Assembly (NCBI RefSeq): GCF_001194135.2
Contig: NC_068987.1
Coordinates: 26,865,918 to 26,929,917 of the forward strand
Direction of reading: 5' to 3'
DNA: 64,000 nucleotides
DNA from: Octopus bimaculoides
Taxonomy: Eukaryota
The notes under the pieces are model-generated. The model had not been told where the DNA came from, ran no database searches, and saw nothing but the letters and a program-made list of their open reading frames with translations. Both the position numbers and the translations under genes were made by a program. This document shows, one piece after another, positions 13,381-25,689 of this stretch; the stretch's first letter is position 1, and each line of letters starts with the position of its first letter.

Positions 13381-14591
13381 CGCACACAGAGTTTCTTATT
13401 TGATTTGTATTGAACTCTTTGTGTTTGCTTATTCAATGTTGCCAAAAATCAAGACTAATAACACACGCAAAATACACATATTCACACTGGTAAGCTTCTT
13501 CTCGTCTTCACATTAAAAATTATAGTACACAAAAAAAAACACATATATAAAAAGAAAAACACACATACATGAGAATAAAAATTTCAAAAATATATCCTAA
13601 CATGTTTTATCATTCTTAAGTATCATCACTTCTTTCTTGACCTCGATGTAGTCAAAATCAAAAGAACAATTATAATAACTGCAATATCATCACGTTATTA
13701 AAGATGAAGCTTTGTATTGCTCTTTATAAAAAACAAAACGTATAAAAGAAAATTACAAACTGTTCAATTCGCCGCAAGGAAACACTTAGTGTCCTAATCA
13801 AATTAGTCTTAGTTTTACAGTGAATATGTATGTATGAATATGTATTTGTGTGTGTGTTTGTCTTTGTTGTGTGTAAGTGTTACTATGTGTGCGTGTGCGT
13901 GCGTGTGCGTGCGTGTGCGTGCGTGTGGATATATATATATATATATATNNNNNNNNNNNNNNNNNNNNNNNNNNNNNNNNNNNNNNNNNNNNNNNNNNNN
14001 NNNNNNNNNNNNNNNNNNNNNNNNNNNNNNNNNNNNNNNNNNNNNNNNNNNNNNNNNNNNNNNNNNNNNNNNNNNNNNNNNNNNNNNNNNNNNNNNNNNN
14101 NNNNNNNNNNNNNNNNNNNNNNNNNNNNNNNNNNNNNNNNNNNNNNNNNNNNNNNNNNNNNNNNNNNNNNNNNNNNNNNNNNNNNNNNNNNNNNNNNNNN
14201 NNNNNNNNNNNNTCTAACCCGCTAGAAAGAGCAGCAAAAGACTACATACCACAAAAATAGGGATAATTTCGAAAGGGAATGAAAAATAAAAACGTTTACC
14301 AATCTATATTCTGTACCATGGTTTCAAGTCAATTTTAGTAAGATAACAATTATATATCTTACAAACGTCGGACTAACATCGGCAGAATGACCAGACAACA
14401 TATGAAGCACGAGTCAATAGGGAGGATGGTTCGTGTTTCTATGTCTAATTTTTCAAATTTACCGCGTATTTGCGGTTTACCTAATCGGCATTAATGAGTA
14501 ATACATAGTCTATTGACTGTTTTTTACTCTTGCTAGACCACTGGTGGTAAATAAAATTTCTAAAATTTTTTTGGTACCCTATAATTTATTA

Positions 14592-14617
<26 letters not shown>

Positions 14618-14622
<5 letters not shown>

Positions 14623-14739
14623 TTACAGAAAACAAAAAGACAAAGACAGGTGTATGAACAACAAGCAGGTGTAATAGTTTCACACTCGAGAAAGTGATAA
14701 AGTCTTTTACGTTTCGAGCCTACGCTCTTCAAGAGAAAG
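14618..14739 (-). mobile_element. 3' tail fragment of a PLE-like element with a degenerate hammerhead (14704-14739)
   Basis: Minus strand reads CUUU-CUCUUGA-A-GAGC-GUAG-GCUC-GAAA-C-GU-A-AAAG. Stem I is CUUU/AAAG, stem II is GAGC/GCUC, and the same ACGU palindrome is present. The core has two mismatches to CUGAUGA. About 86 nt downstream the element runs into (TA)n. Confidence 0.55.
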
Positions 14740-15047
14740 GATACACATATATACAAATACACACACACATGTATTCATAACAAATATGTATAACATATGG
14801 ATAAACCATCACATGTGCCATAAGATTTCAGAAATGCAATATATGTTATATATATGCATATATATTTACATATAATACTCTTATATAAACGAGTGGCCAA
14901 ACGAATGAAAGAGGTATGCAAATCATTATGTAGGTGTAGACAATTTTTATTTTAAGCTTATAGTCGATTGGGTCTTCAAACATTGTCTTGTGGTTTATTT
15001 TACCACTAGGTTTATTTTCTCTACCTCCTCTTTCTTTTCTCTCACTT

Positions 15048-15093
<46 letters not shown>

Positions 15094-15447
15094 CGTACAT
15101 ATATAGATATATATATACATACATACTTACATATATATATATATATATATGCATACATAGTTATATTTATAATATATTATATATATATACGAATATAGAA
15201 ATGTCACCTTGTCATCCTAATAGAGAACACCATGTCTAAATTGCGAATAGTCACCTTAATAATTTATAATTCTCACTTCAGCATTTTTGGAAACCAATCG
15301 ATATTTCCTAGGGTGCTCTCTGTAAGGCAGACTCCGTCTTGCTTGTCGTTGGGAGCGGGGAGCCTGTCACCCTTATCAGCCGTTAGAAAAGTGCTCTTAC
15401 ATGGGTACGAGTCGTTTTGACTTTTATTTCTAGCAATGCTGGTGTTT

Positions 15448-15476
15448 ACTAGCACCGTCCGTCACTTTAGTGACGG
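15448..15476 (-). mobile_element. Helitron-like 3' terminus
   Basis: A perfect hairpin CCGTCAC-TAAA-GTGACGG is followed 6 nt later by CTAG then T. The matching 5' end was not identified. Confidence 0.4.
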
Positions 15477-15539
15477 CTGTACTTGTTGGTTATATATGTG
15501 TGTGTATGTGTGTGTATGTGTGCGTGTGCGTGTGTGTGT

Positions 15540-15742
15540 GTTATTTCTTTACTACCCACAAGGGGCTACACACAGAGGGGGCAAACAAGGACATACAAAC
15601 GGATTAAGTCGATTATACCGACTCCAGTGCGTAACTGGTACTTATTTAATCGACCCCGAAAGGATGAAGGGCAGAGTCGACCTCGGCGGAATTTGAACTC
15701 AGAACGTAGCGGTAGACGAAATACTGCTAAGCATTTCGCCCG

Positions 15743-15745
<3 letters not shown>
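15540..15745 (-). mobile_element. Meta-like SINE embedded in (GT)n
   Basis: Aligns with 5834-6160 and 12160-12440. (GT)n lies on both sides. Confidence 0.85.
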
Positions 15746-15832
<87 letters not shown>

Positions 15833-15859
15833 ACGCGTGTGTTGTGGCAAGTAACGTTG

Positions 15860-16475
15860 ACACCTCTCTTGGGTTGAAAGAATGGATTAGGCGAACTCTT
15901 ATAAAAAGTAGAGTATTGGTTGAGACCGAGAGAAGTGGTAGGAGTCGTTGAGAGTTCATGGAAGTCGTAGGAAACTCATGAGATCTTTGAGAGCTTGTAT
16001 TTATTGGAGTATCTTGTTTAGTGGAGTAATCTGAAGTACGGCGTTTGAAGACAGTCGTGCCTATCCTCGCTTCGTGAAATCTGTATATCCAACGTTTAGA
16101 AGGATATGAAAGTAGCAACAAGGATATCCACTTGTAAAAGTGGCGATGAGGATATCCACTTATAAAAATAGCGACGATTATATTCGAAGCTTAAGTTGGA
16201 CGTTAAAATTTTCTTTTGATACAAAATCAACGAAAAATGAGTTAACATGGAACACTTATTAACATCCGTGGTTCGGTTGCAACAGCATTGGTGGTAACAG
16301 CAACAACAGTTTCAGCAGCAATTACGATCAACGATCTCAACGACTTCCACGAGATCTCAACGACTCCCACGAGATCTCAACGACTCCTATAATTTTCTCA
16401 GTCTCAACTAATACGCTACACTTTATAAGTGTTCAGCTAGCCCATTATTACAATCCCGCAAGGGAATCAATGACT
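15860..16475. mobile_element. non-autonomous element with long (about 130 bp) imperfect terminal inverted repeats
   Basis: The left arm (CTTATAAAAAGTAGAGTATTGGTTGAGACCGAGAGAAG..GGAGTCGTTGAGA) is the reverse complement of the right arm (TCTCAACGACTCC..TTCTCAGTCTCAACTAATACGCTACACTTTATAAG). The arms carry tandem about 20-bp subrepeats (GAGATCTCAACGACTCCCAC). No TSD identified. Confidence 0.7.
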
Positions 16476-17479
16476 CTCACCACAACAATATATATATGAG
16501 TGTGCATATGCATATGTGTTTGGTTGTGTGTGTATGTATTCGTATGTATGTGTGTGCTACCATTCTATTCTATCTTGAATATTGAGCATTGCTTCAAATA
16601 ATGTTTGCACCATCATGTAAATCATACTACCAATACATTTTACAATTGTTGCATTTTCATGGTTTTATGTCTCTTGCGTCAGTTGAACTTAAACGAAGCG
16701 CTTCCGAGCATTATTAGCCCACTCTTATTTCTATGCTTACCTTTAAAGTGAAGGAAGAGGTGTTGAAGATGGCTGGAGGGGGGGGGGGGGTATTTAGTGA
16801 ATGGTCAATATTACTATATTATCCTATCGGGCTCTCAATAATCCATGACGCTTACCAAACTATCTTTCAATCGGTAACTCATTAAGAGTGTCATGCGTAG
16901 CAAATTCCCTCAGTTGGTTCGATCTTCCTAATCAAAGCTGTTTACCGGTGTGTGACTGCTATACATGCTTTTGTTTATGGAAGCCACAGGCAAGAATTCC
17001 GTGCAAGTCAGAAAACAAAAGTGGACCACTCATTCTCGAGGAAATACTGCAAACACTGCCATCAAAAATTTTACCGCCTCCTGTACACACCATACATATT
17101 TATATACTTCACTTACACTGAAATAATTCTTTAATTTCTGTTGTTTTAGCAAAGATTTCATCCCACATTTATTTACCTTTTCATCTGGAAACCACTTAAA
17201 TGATAGAACATTTTGGGAATAGTTTTATTGTTTTAAAAATCACGAATGCCGTGAGGTCTTATAGCAACATTTGTCTCTTATCAAAGAGGAATTATAGGAA
17301 TTCTTTAAATGCGAAACAAAACCTATTTTCTGTGATTTATATTTCTAAAGATCTTTATTTTTTTTCTCGAGATTACATACACAATTGAATCTGTGAAACT
17401 GCAGTCAGTTAAAATTTAAATATTTATACCAATCCATTTAAAAGAAAGACTATAAGAGAAACTGAGGCGGAAAATCTTG

Positions 17480-18580
17480 TGACATTTGTTTACAAATTAA
17501 ATTCCCCAGAGTAAAATTTAAATAAATGGCAAGGAAGATTATTAAACTACTATCCGTTTACTTTTATAGTCGGTATCTAACTGTCAGATCCAGTTCTGTT
17601 TTATATCCAGTTTGAAACGCTGTAAATTTAATGGTTCAAACAGTTCTGAGCAACTGGAAGATCACCAGTGTTACAGTAAATAATGTTGTCAGGACAAACA
17701 AATTTTAACATCCTGATGTAATTTTTGTGTGGCTCCAAAAAGACTTGCCTCAAAACATTTGAAGTTGTGTAAGTACAGGAGGATGTAGAGGTGCATGATC
17801 GTTGACCCCTGTATGAAGAGCGCATGAAGAAGAACGCTATTTTCCCTAATTTTTTGCACTTTTGTTCTGAATTTCAAGCTGAAACCATCAAAAATGAGTT
17901 CAAGTTTTTCATAAAAATGTATATATACATGCTTTTGACACATATGGATTATAGACCGCTAAGGTGTAAGGCCGACAGATTCTATACAGTTGCAGAATTC
18001 TCTTTCGTAAGCAAAAATCTTGAAGATATGGCCGTCGATTTCGGTTATGAGAACTCTAATTTTTAATTAGAGAAATCGATTGTCGAGAAGATAATTGCTC
18101 CAATCCAATTCTATTTCAATAATGTGTTACCTCTACTCATTTAATTGTGAACGTTATTTCTCTAACGTTACGTTTTAAAAGATTTCGGCTTTGCCAATTT
18201 CGGCTAGTTTTCCCCTGTGAGACCATTCCAAAGAATCGGGAAAGTTTTATCCAGGTTGTAGGCGTTTACATTCACTCGTATGTTTTTTGTGCATTAAATA
18301 TACAAGTAAATTAAGATGCGCACCAAAGATTTGTTTGAAAAGAAAGTAGTATGACATTTCGATCTTGGCTATATATGGTAACAATTAGTGTTCTGGTATA
18401 TTGTTACTGTTACGTAACCTTATGTTAACCGTGGTCAATTCTGTCACAGGTTTGACTCACCTGTCCCTCGTTTGAGTATCCACATCATGCCCCATTTCAT
18501 CTAATGTGTCTATCGTCATACAGAGTCAATTTTGATGTCAATTTTGCTTCTATTTCAATCGAATCCTGTTACTATGTACC
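17480..18580 (-). mobile_element. pogo/Fot1-like (DDE_1) transposase remnant
   Basis: ELIFDGFS..QKIRENSVLL..STIMHL..FKCFEASL resembles L.LDGH.SH..ARENNI.L..HTTH.LQPLD..FK. Upstream are YNLDKT (YN.DET) and an HTH-like IDTLDEMG..NNIP. Confidence 0.5.
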
Positions 18581-19955
18581 GGTTACATCCAGTTTCAGTA
18601 GTGGTTAATGGGAGGCAAGTTAAAATTGCAACCAAACCTATGACAGTGTAGAAAATGCAGCTTTTACTGTAAGAGTAACGGAACTCAATTGATAAAAAAT
18701 AACCTATCAGTTGCTAACTGCAGTTTCTCGCTGCTTAGATGAGTCAATACAACCATCAGTTCAGCATGCCGGATGCAAAGTAATCAAAATGCTTTGCTTA
18801 ATTCAGAAATTAAAATTAGGTGGAATAAAAACAATAAACAGAAATACTGGTATATGATATTTGGCAATCGCGCAGTGATGACTCAGAACATATTTAGGTT
18901 TTATTGGATCAGGTATTAAAATAGTAGTTACTTTTCAGTTCATATCTTTGCATATGGAAGGTCTCCTCATAGTGGTTTAACACATACTACAATAGCAACT
19001 AACAATAGAGCCAAGTTCTAAGACACTGTGACAGGTATCGGGATGTTTCTTATCTAAATTTAACACTGCATTCAACGCTTTTAACTGGAAATAATAAAAT
19101 AGTTTTTCGTAATGATATGTATATGTATATAGTTCACATATTAATGTTGTATGTCTTTTATTTCATTGTGAAATGCTTAACATTGATTTGGAAAATGGGC
19201 ATAAGATCACACATTATATGGAAACGGGTGTTGGCGATATCATCGACTCAAACGGTTGACTTGATAATCTTTCATCGACCTACGGAAAGATGAAAAGCAA
19301 AGTCCATCATGGTAAGATTTTGAAATGAGGATAAAGAGACGTGACTAAACACAGCAATGTACTTTATTCGACATTTATTGATTTTTCTACTCCATATTCA
19401 GAGAAGGGATCACTACAATTTCACTGATCCTGGTTGAAATAGCAGTTAAATCGCTCCTAAATCATCTTTTATTCTTTAAAATTGATGTACGTATCGAATG
19501 ATGTTACTCTAAATGTAAATACGAGACGGTCAAATTTGGAACGCTTTTCATCATTAGCAATGGTCGATTAAGATTAACCTGAGGCTAATTACAAAATATT
19601 GTCTGACTTTTGCAGTATATGGACCCGTCCCCACAAAAAATTCACGCCTAGAATACTATATTCTAACAGTTACAGAATATAGAAGGTAATGTAACACCAA
19701 TGATTATATAATCCAACCAAAATATCTCAGTCGCACAAAAATAAATCTTATAACTATTTAATCTTAAAATACATCGTACATATCCAAAGAACCTTTATGT
19801 CCAAATTGAAATGCTATTGCATTTCAATTATTTCAAAGAAATAATAAATGGATTTATGAATAAAAGCTTGGCAATTGCGTTTATTTCCACCACGCGACAA
19901 TCATTTTTGCAAACATATTTTAACTAATCTAAACTATACACACACGTACAAATAC

Positions 19956-20030
<75 letters not shown>

Positions 20031-20034
20031 GAAT

Positions 20035-20150
20035 TGTTGCTGTAATTCAAAGGAGGCAGCCTTGTCATATTCTTTGCGAGGCTGAACTTCCCTGAGAACT
20101 ACGTTAATGTTATGCATGTCTGTGGAGTATTCAGCCATTTCTGAGTTACT
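20035..20150 (+). mobile_element. fragment of the SINE 3' domain shared with 13088-13380 and 47358-47742
   Basis: CTGTAATTCAAAG..CAGCCTTGTCA..GAGAACTACGTTAA..TGTCTGTGGAGT..TCAGCCA matches both copies. Confidence 0.75.
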
Positions 20151-20510
20151 TTTATCCTCGTGTGGTAACGAAAAGTGAAATTGACATCCAATATTTGCTG
20201 TGTGTATGTATCTATGTATGAACTTTTCTTTGGATTTATGCATCTACTGTCTCTGCGGTTAAGTAGTTTGATAGAATTCTTGGATCTAAAAAGAATATTC
20301 TATCTTGCAGTTACGCATAGCTTGATTCTCTTTGAGTCATTTTCACATAGCATAAATTTCTCAACGAATCTCCATTTGATTGTATGTGGTTTGAAGCTTA
20401 CCTTCATATACCACACATGGCTATACTCACACAGTGGCACTATGCAATTTAACAAGACACCCATGTTAAATTGGATTGCATTATATATTGGTATTGATAT
20501 TGCTTCCGTC

Positions 20511-20639
20511 ACCGCTGAGGTCGACTTTGCCTTTCATCTTTTCGGGGTCGATAACTTCAGCACCAGTTGCGTACTGGGGTCAATCTAATCGACTGGCATC
20601 TTCCCGAAAACTTTCGTGCCCTGTGCCTAGAGTAGAAAA
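20511..20639 (+). mobile_element. 5'-truncated Meta-like SINE with a perfect 15-bp TSD
   Basis: TSD GATATTGCTTCCGTC at 20496-20510 and 20640-20654. The central GTCGACTTTGCCTTTCATC..GGGGTCGATAA domain is present. Confidence 0.88.
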
Positions 20640-21399
20640 GATATTGCTTCCGTCGCTAATGATTGATTGTTAATAAGCCTGCCGGTTATCTGCGACAAGG
20701 GTGTCTGAAAAGATTCTGATATTGTATGTACCGTGGCAGCGAGGTTTGACTGGAATATAGTGCCCGGATGCTTCAGATATATGATTACCAATAGAATTTA
20801 ATCACATGACATGTGTGTTCCGGCGTCCATTCCTGACGTTTCTCTGCTACGATCTGTGTTTGTGCTTCTGATGTATTTCTTCTCATGTTTATATTTACAA
20901 TTCTATTTTCCAACTTTTCATTTTCCAATTCTAAATTTCAAAGCTAATGCGATTTTATAAAGTCAGCTTAGATTTATGGTAGAAGCTGATGTATATGTTC
21001 ATATAGTTTGTAATGATTGGATGTTGCCTTTTCCTTCCAGTTTAAAGCTGATTGAGTTAACCCATGATCAAACAGGCTACATCCCTTCTTTTCAAGGCAT
21101 AATATACCCTAGAGTGCATTATCCAATGTAAGCTTCAGTTAAGTGGAATGGAAGAATGTTATTTGGTTGTTACTTCTAGCATGTAAAGTGATCAGGTACT
21201 CTGTTGTTGGGGCCTTCACAGTATTTTACTCATATATTTCAACTATTGATTTGCATAATGGGAGACATGTATTCCCATCCAACTTAAATGCCGATTTCAG
21301 GATTTGAACCTGGTATTAGAAACTAAGGAAATCAGTCAGAAACATTGAACCGGAGATAATTCGTTGTTTAGTCTTGATTATACTATAATATTGATTGCA

Positions 21400-21795
21400 A
21401 ATTGTGGTACTAGGCCGGCAAATTCTCTGAAGGAGATAAGTCGTTAGAACTCAACTAGCGCTTATTTCATCGACTGTGAAATAATTAAAGGGGAATTTAA
21501 ACTCGGAACGAAATGACAGACGAAATGCCGCTAAGCATTTCGGCCGGTGTGCTAACTATTCTGCCAGCTCGCTGCCTTAAATACACAATAGTATTGGTTC
21601 CAATTTTGGCACAAACTCAACCAGTTCGAAGAAGGGGGCTCATCGATTACAACTCGCCCTTATTTTATCGACCGCTAAAATGATGAAAGGCAAAGTCGAC
21701 CGTTGCAGAATTGAAACCGAGAACGTGAAGACGGACGAAAGGCCCTAAAGCCTTTTGCCCGGCGAGCTAACGATTCTGTCAGCTCGCTGTCTTAT
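21400..21795 (-). mobile_element. two adjacent degenerate Meta-like SINE copies
   Basis: Two heads (plus-strand ..TTCTGCCAGCTCGCTGCC at about 21560-21578 and ..TTCTGTCAGCTCGCTG at about 21774-21789), each with central-domain remnants. Confidence 0.75.
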
Positions 21796-22399
21796 CTATA
21801 TCATAATATGAAAGTCAAGAATGTTTCTCAGACCGATGTGATCACAATTTGGTTTACTGTGATTCAACTAGATAATATAATAAAGAGCTTAAAAGTTTAT
21901 AGAGTACCGCAAACATAAAGTAATAACCAGTTTCTTCATATCTTTCTGAAAGATATCTAACATCCCAGAAGAAGTAAATATAAATATTACAGCACTCATA
22001 GCCAGTATGGAATTGTTATAATGTTCTGCTTTAATTTAATGTTTAGAGAACAGATAAAAGCCAACATAAAGATGGAGGTTGATTAAATACTACAACTTTC
22101 ATCATTTCATGAAATACTGCAAATGTTTTGCGCTTTGGGAGTGCAAGAATTTGTCCTCATTTATTACAATAATCGATCATATTGACTTAATATTCTTGTT
22201 TAGTTTTGTTCACCTTATTCTCAAAGTCAATCCTTAACATTTTCAGATGTGAATCAATTGAGTGACTAATATCAGTGATTTATCAATTCCCTGCAGAACA
22301 AGACCAATTTCAATGTCTACTGTAATTTTAATCTCACAGATTTCCAGTACGGATTTTGTATTTCATTGATTACAAAGCCATACCTATGACACATATGAC

Positions 22400-22690
22400 T
22401 CATTTATAACGGTGGTATACTCATCCTTTTATTGAAAATGTTTAAATACTTCAAACTCCAAAAATATATATCTACCAAAAGCATATTTCTGTTGAGTCCT
22501 GCATCTGTTTTATCCAGCCGTATCCATTACATCTGCTTTTACAAGAAAGAATACTTTCCGTCATCCATATAGTATTGTAGGATGGTGTCGTAGTAGGACT
22601 TGGCTACTATTTCCAGGAGTTCAAACGATTCTACGGGTGCCCTGGCTCTAGTTCGATGTGTCAATGTGATGTTTGTATTTTATTGTAGCA
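22400..22690 (-). mobile_element. possible LINE AP-endonuclease fragment
   Basis: Frameshifted peptide ..FELLEIVAKSYYDTILQ..WIRLDKTDAGLNRNMLLVDIY resembles the W.KLDK..GL...L...YIPP segment of APE-type LINEs. Confidence 0.35.
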
Positions 22691-23770
22691 TAGATTCCAA
22701 ACTCGCTGCTAAAAGACTCTAAGCAATAAAAGAAATAAACAAAAAAAGAAAGAAAAAAAAAACGTGATCGTATATAACATTGCAGTGATTAGTCTTGTGT
22801 CGTGAGAGTATTTCATAAGAAAACATTTATATATTCTAACTCAAATGGAAATTGTGTGTTTAAATCATAGGATTACAATTCATGTTTGAATGTCATCCCA
22901 TCTACTCATTAAATTTTGCATATTTCCGGTTGGAGTCTCCTAAACTAGTCACGAACAATTATGATGTCTGTCACTTCTCGCCTCCGGCACCATTTAAATA
23001 TACATATTTATTGTGCGACAAACTATTTTTAGGTTGAACTCTTATAATTTTTAGTCTTTACATGGAACGCATTACAATCTTCTTCTGTTATGAATGATGG
23101 CTACCATAGATAAATGAATGTAGTAGAAAGACCGAGAAAAATGTTTCGACTATTTTGAATTTCTCTCTAATTACAGTTTATATACAATATGTACGTACAT
23201 TTACATATATTCGTGAGTAGAGAAGTAGAAAGTGAAAGAAGAGTTTGTATGTATGTGTATGCACGTGTTTAGCCATGATAATGGAAGGCATCATTGACAA
23301 AACATTTAATATATAAAATACTGACCTAAAAATCGAAGAAGTGCGTCAAAAAAGAAATTCAAATGTGAAATGATTCACTATAAATTGAACGTTTTGACAT
23401 TTTTTTCAAACACTCATTATTATATATAAAGAAATAGAATTGTCTTTATTCACCATCGCCAATCTTTGTCATTCGCTTTCTTTCTAAAGGCTATTTTCTC
23501 TTCTTTAAGTATTTATTTGAAGACTAGCATACCTATTTACACACACAAATGTTTGTATATATGTTGGAAAATTATGCATAAGTATATATATGTACATATA
23601 TATATATATTATGTGCATAATTTATACATATATACATACATACATACATATNNNNNNNNNNTATATATATATATATATATATGTCTATCTACCTATTTTT
23701 CTAACTATCAATATGACTGGTTATATGTATGAGTATGTCTGTCTTTCTGTCTATCCACGTACTTACCTCC

Positions 23771-23834
<64 letters not shown>

Positions 23835-25409
23835 TTGGAGGTATGCGTGCATGTCTCTGTCTATCTATTTATATCTCTCTTTTTCTGTGTGACTGAGTGT
23901 CTTTCTGTCAGACTGTCAACCCGTGCGCTTGTCTCTATCTCTCGTTCTTGTTCTTTTCACTCTATTTCTATCTTCAACATTAAAGTTTCTTATTTTTCTT
24001 TTACGTCTGAAGAATACAATGTTTCGTATAAATTTAGATAAATTAGATGTCAGAAGCGTAAATGTCTAACGTTTCTGCTTCGTGGATAAAAAATAAATAG
24101 AAAATATTAAAAAAATATAAAGAAAATAGTTTCACAATTCAACTGGTATAAAAAATGCGCAGTGAATTAAAAGAAGTGACGCTACACAATAAGATATATT
24201 GCCTAATAGCAGTAAATGTTTAAAAAAATGGCCAAACATATAATTTTAATACCCTGTCGCAGAAAATATAACTGTTCTCTGCAAATCACCAAAATAGACC
24301 AACATACACACACACATGAACACACGCCTTCACCAACCATTAAATTAGACACACGTTTGCTACACACACACACACACACACANNNNNNNNNNNNNNNNNN
24401 NNNNNNNNNNNNNNNNNNNNNNNNNNNNNNNNNNNNNNNNNNNNNNNNNNNNNNNNNNNNNNNNNNNNNNNNNNNNNNNNNNNNNNNNNNNNNNNNNNNN
24501 NNNNNNNNNNNNNNNNNNNNNNNNNNNNNNNNNNNNNNNNNNNNNNNNNNNNNNNNNNNNNNNNNNNNNNNNNNNNNNNNNNNNNNNNNNNNNNNNNNNN
24601 NNNNNNNNNNNNNNNNNNNNNNNNNNNNNNNNNNNNNNNNNNNNNNNNNNNNNNNNNNNNNNNNNNNNNNNNNNNNNNNNNNNNNNNNNNNNNNNNNNNN
24701 NNNNNNNNNNNNNNNNNNNNNNNNNNNNNNNNNNNNNNNNNNNNNNNNNNNNNNNNNNNNNNNNNNNNNNNNNNNNNNNNNNNNNNNNNNNNNNNNNNNN
24801 NNNNNNNNNNNNNNNNNNNNNNNNNNNNNNNNNNNNNNNNNNNNNNNNNNNNNNNNNNNNNNNNNNNNNNNNNNNNNNNNNNNNNNNNNNNNNNNNNNNN
24901 NNNNNNNNNNNNNNNNNNNNNNNNNNNNNNNNNNNNNNNNNNNNNNNNNNNNNNNNNNNNNNNNNNNNNNNNNNNNNNNNNNNNNNNNNNNNNNNNNNNN
25001 NNNNNNNNNNNNNNNNNNNNNNNNNNNNNNNNNNNNNNNNNNNNNNNNNNNNNNNNNNNNNNNNNNNNNNNNNNNNNTATATATATATGTATGTATAATA
25101 TCAGCCAGTAACAGGTATATTAAATCTCAAAAATGTTGATACACATTATGTTATTGCAGTTTTACTTAAATATCCAGTATCGATCCGTGGCTCTGCAAAA
25201 ACTTTTTTACTATAGATGATAAAACATTGTAAGGGGTCATCGAACTTCTTACCATTGCTCTCATCCTTCGTTTACTGGATATTATTGTGTATGCGTGTAG
25301 TTTGCGTGTGTTTGCGTGTATTTCTCTCTCTCACTCTCTCTCTCTCTCTCTCTCTTTCTCTCTTTCTCTCTCGGTCTCTCTCTCTCTCTCGGTCTCTCTC
25401 TCTCCCTGT

Positions 25410-25550
25410 GTGTGTGCGGTAAGAGGCTTGCTTCCCAACCACATAGTTCCTAGTTCAGTACGATTACGCGACACCTTGGGCAAGTGTCTTCTACTATAGA
25501 CCTGAACCAACTAAAGCCTTGTGAGTGGATTTGGTAGACGAAAACTGTTT
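25410..25550 (+). mobile_element. CORE-type tRNA SINE, head and core only
   Basis: GCGGTAAGAGGCTTGCTTCCCAACCAC..CACCTTGGGCAAGTGTCTTCTACTATAG..AAAGCCTTGTGAGTGGATTTGGTAGACG. Confidence 0.8.
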
Positions 25551-25689
25551 CGATCCTATGCTCTTTGACAGAATATATATATATATATATATATGTATTG
25601 TATATATATATTTATATGTGTGTGTGTGCATATATCTATATATGTATATATATAGGTATGTATCTATATGTAACTATATATATATACAG

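Noticed and set aside
18459-18518. Minus-strand ATG exon MTIDTLDEMGHDVDTQTRD with a GTGAGT donor
   Set aside because: It is collinear with the pogo-like remnant and resembles its HTH region, and no downstream exon could be joined. Exonisation cannot be excluded without RNA data.
22520-22680. YYMDD peptide suggesting an RT active site or a host gene
   Set aside because: There is no surrounding RT motif context. Flanking peptides fit a decayed LINE endonuclease better.
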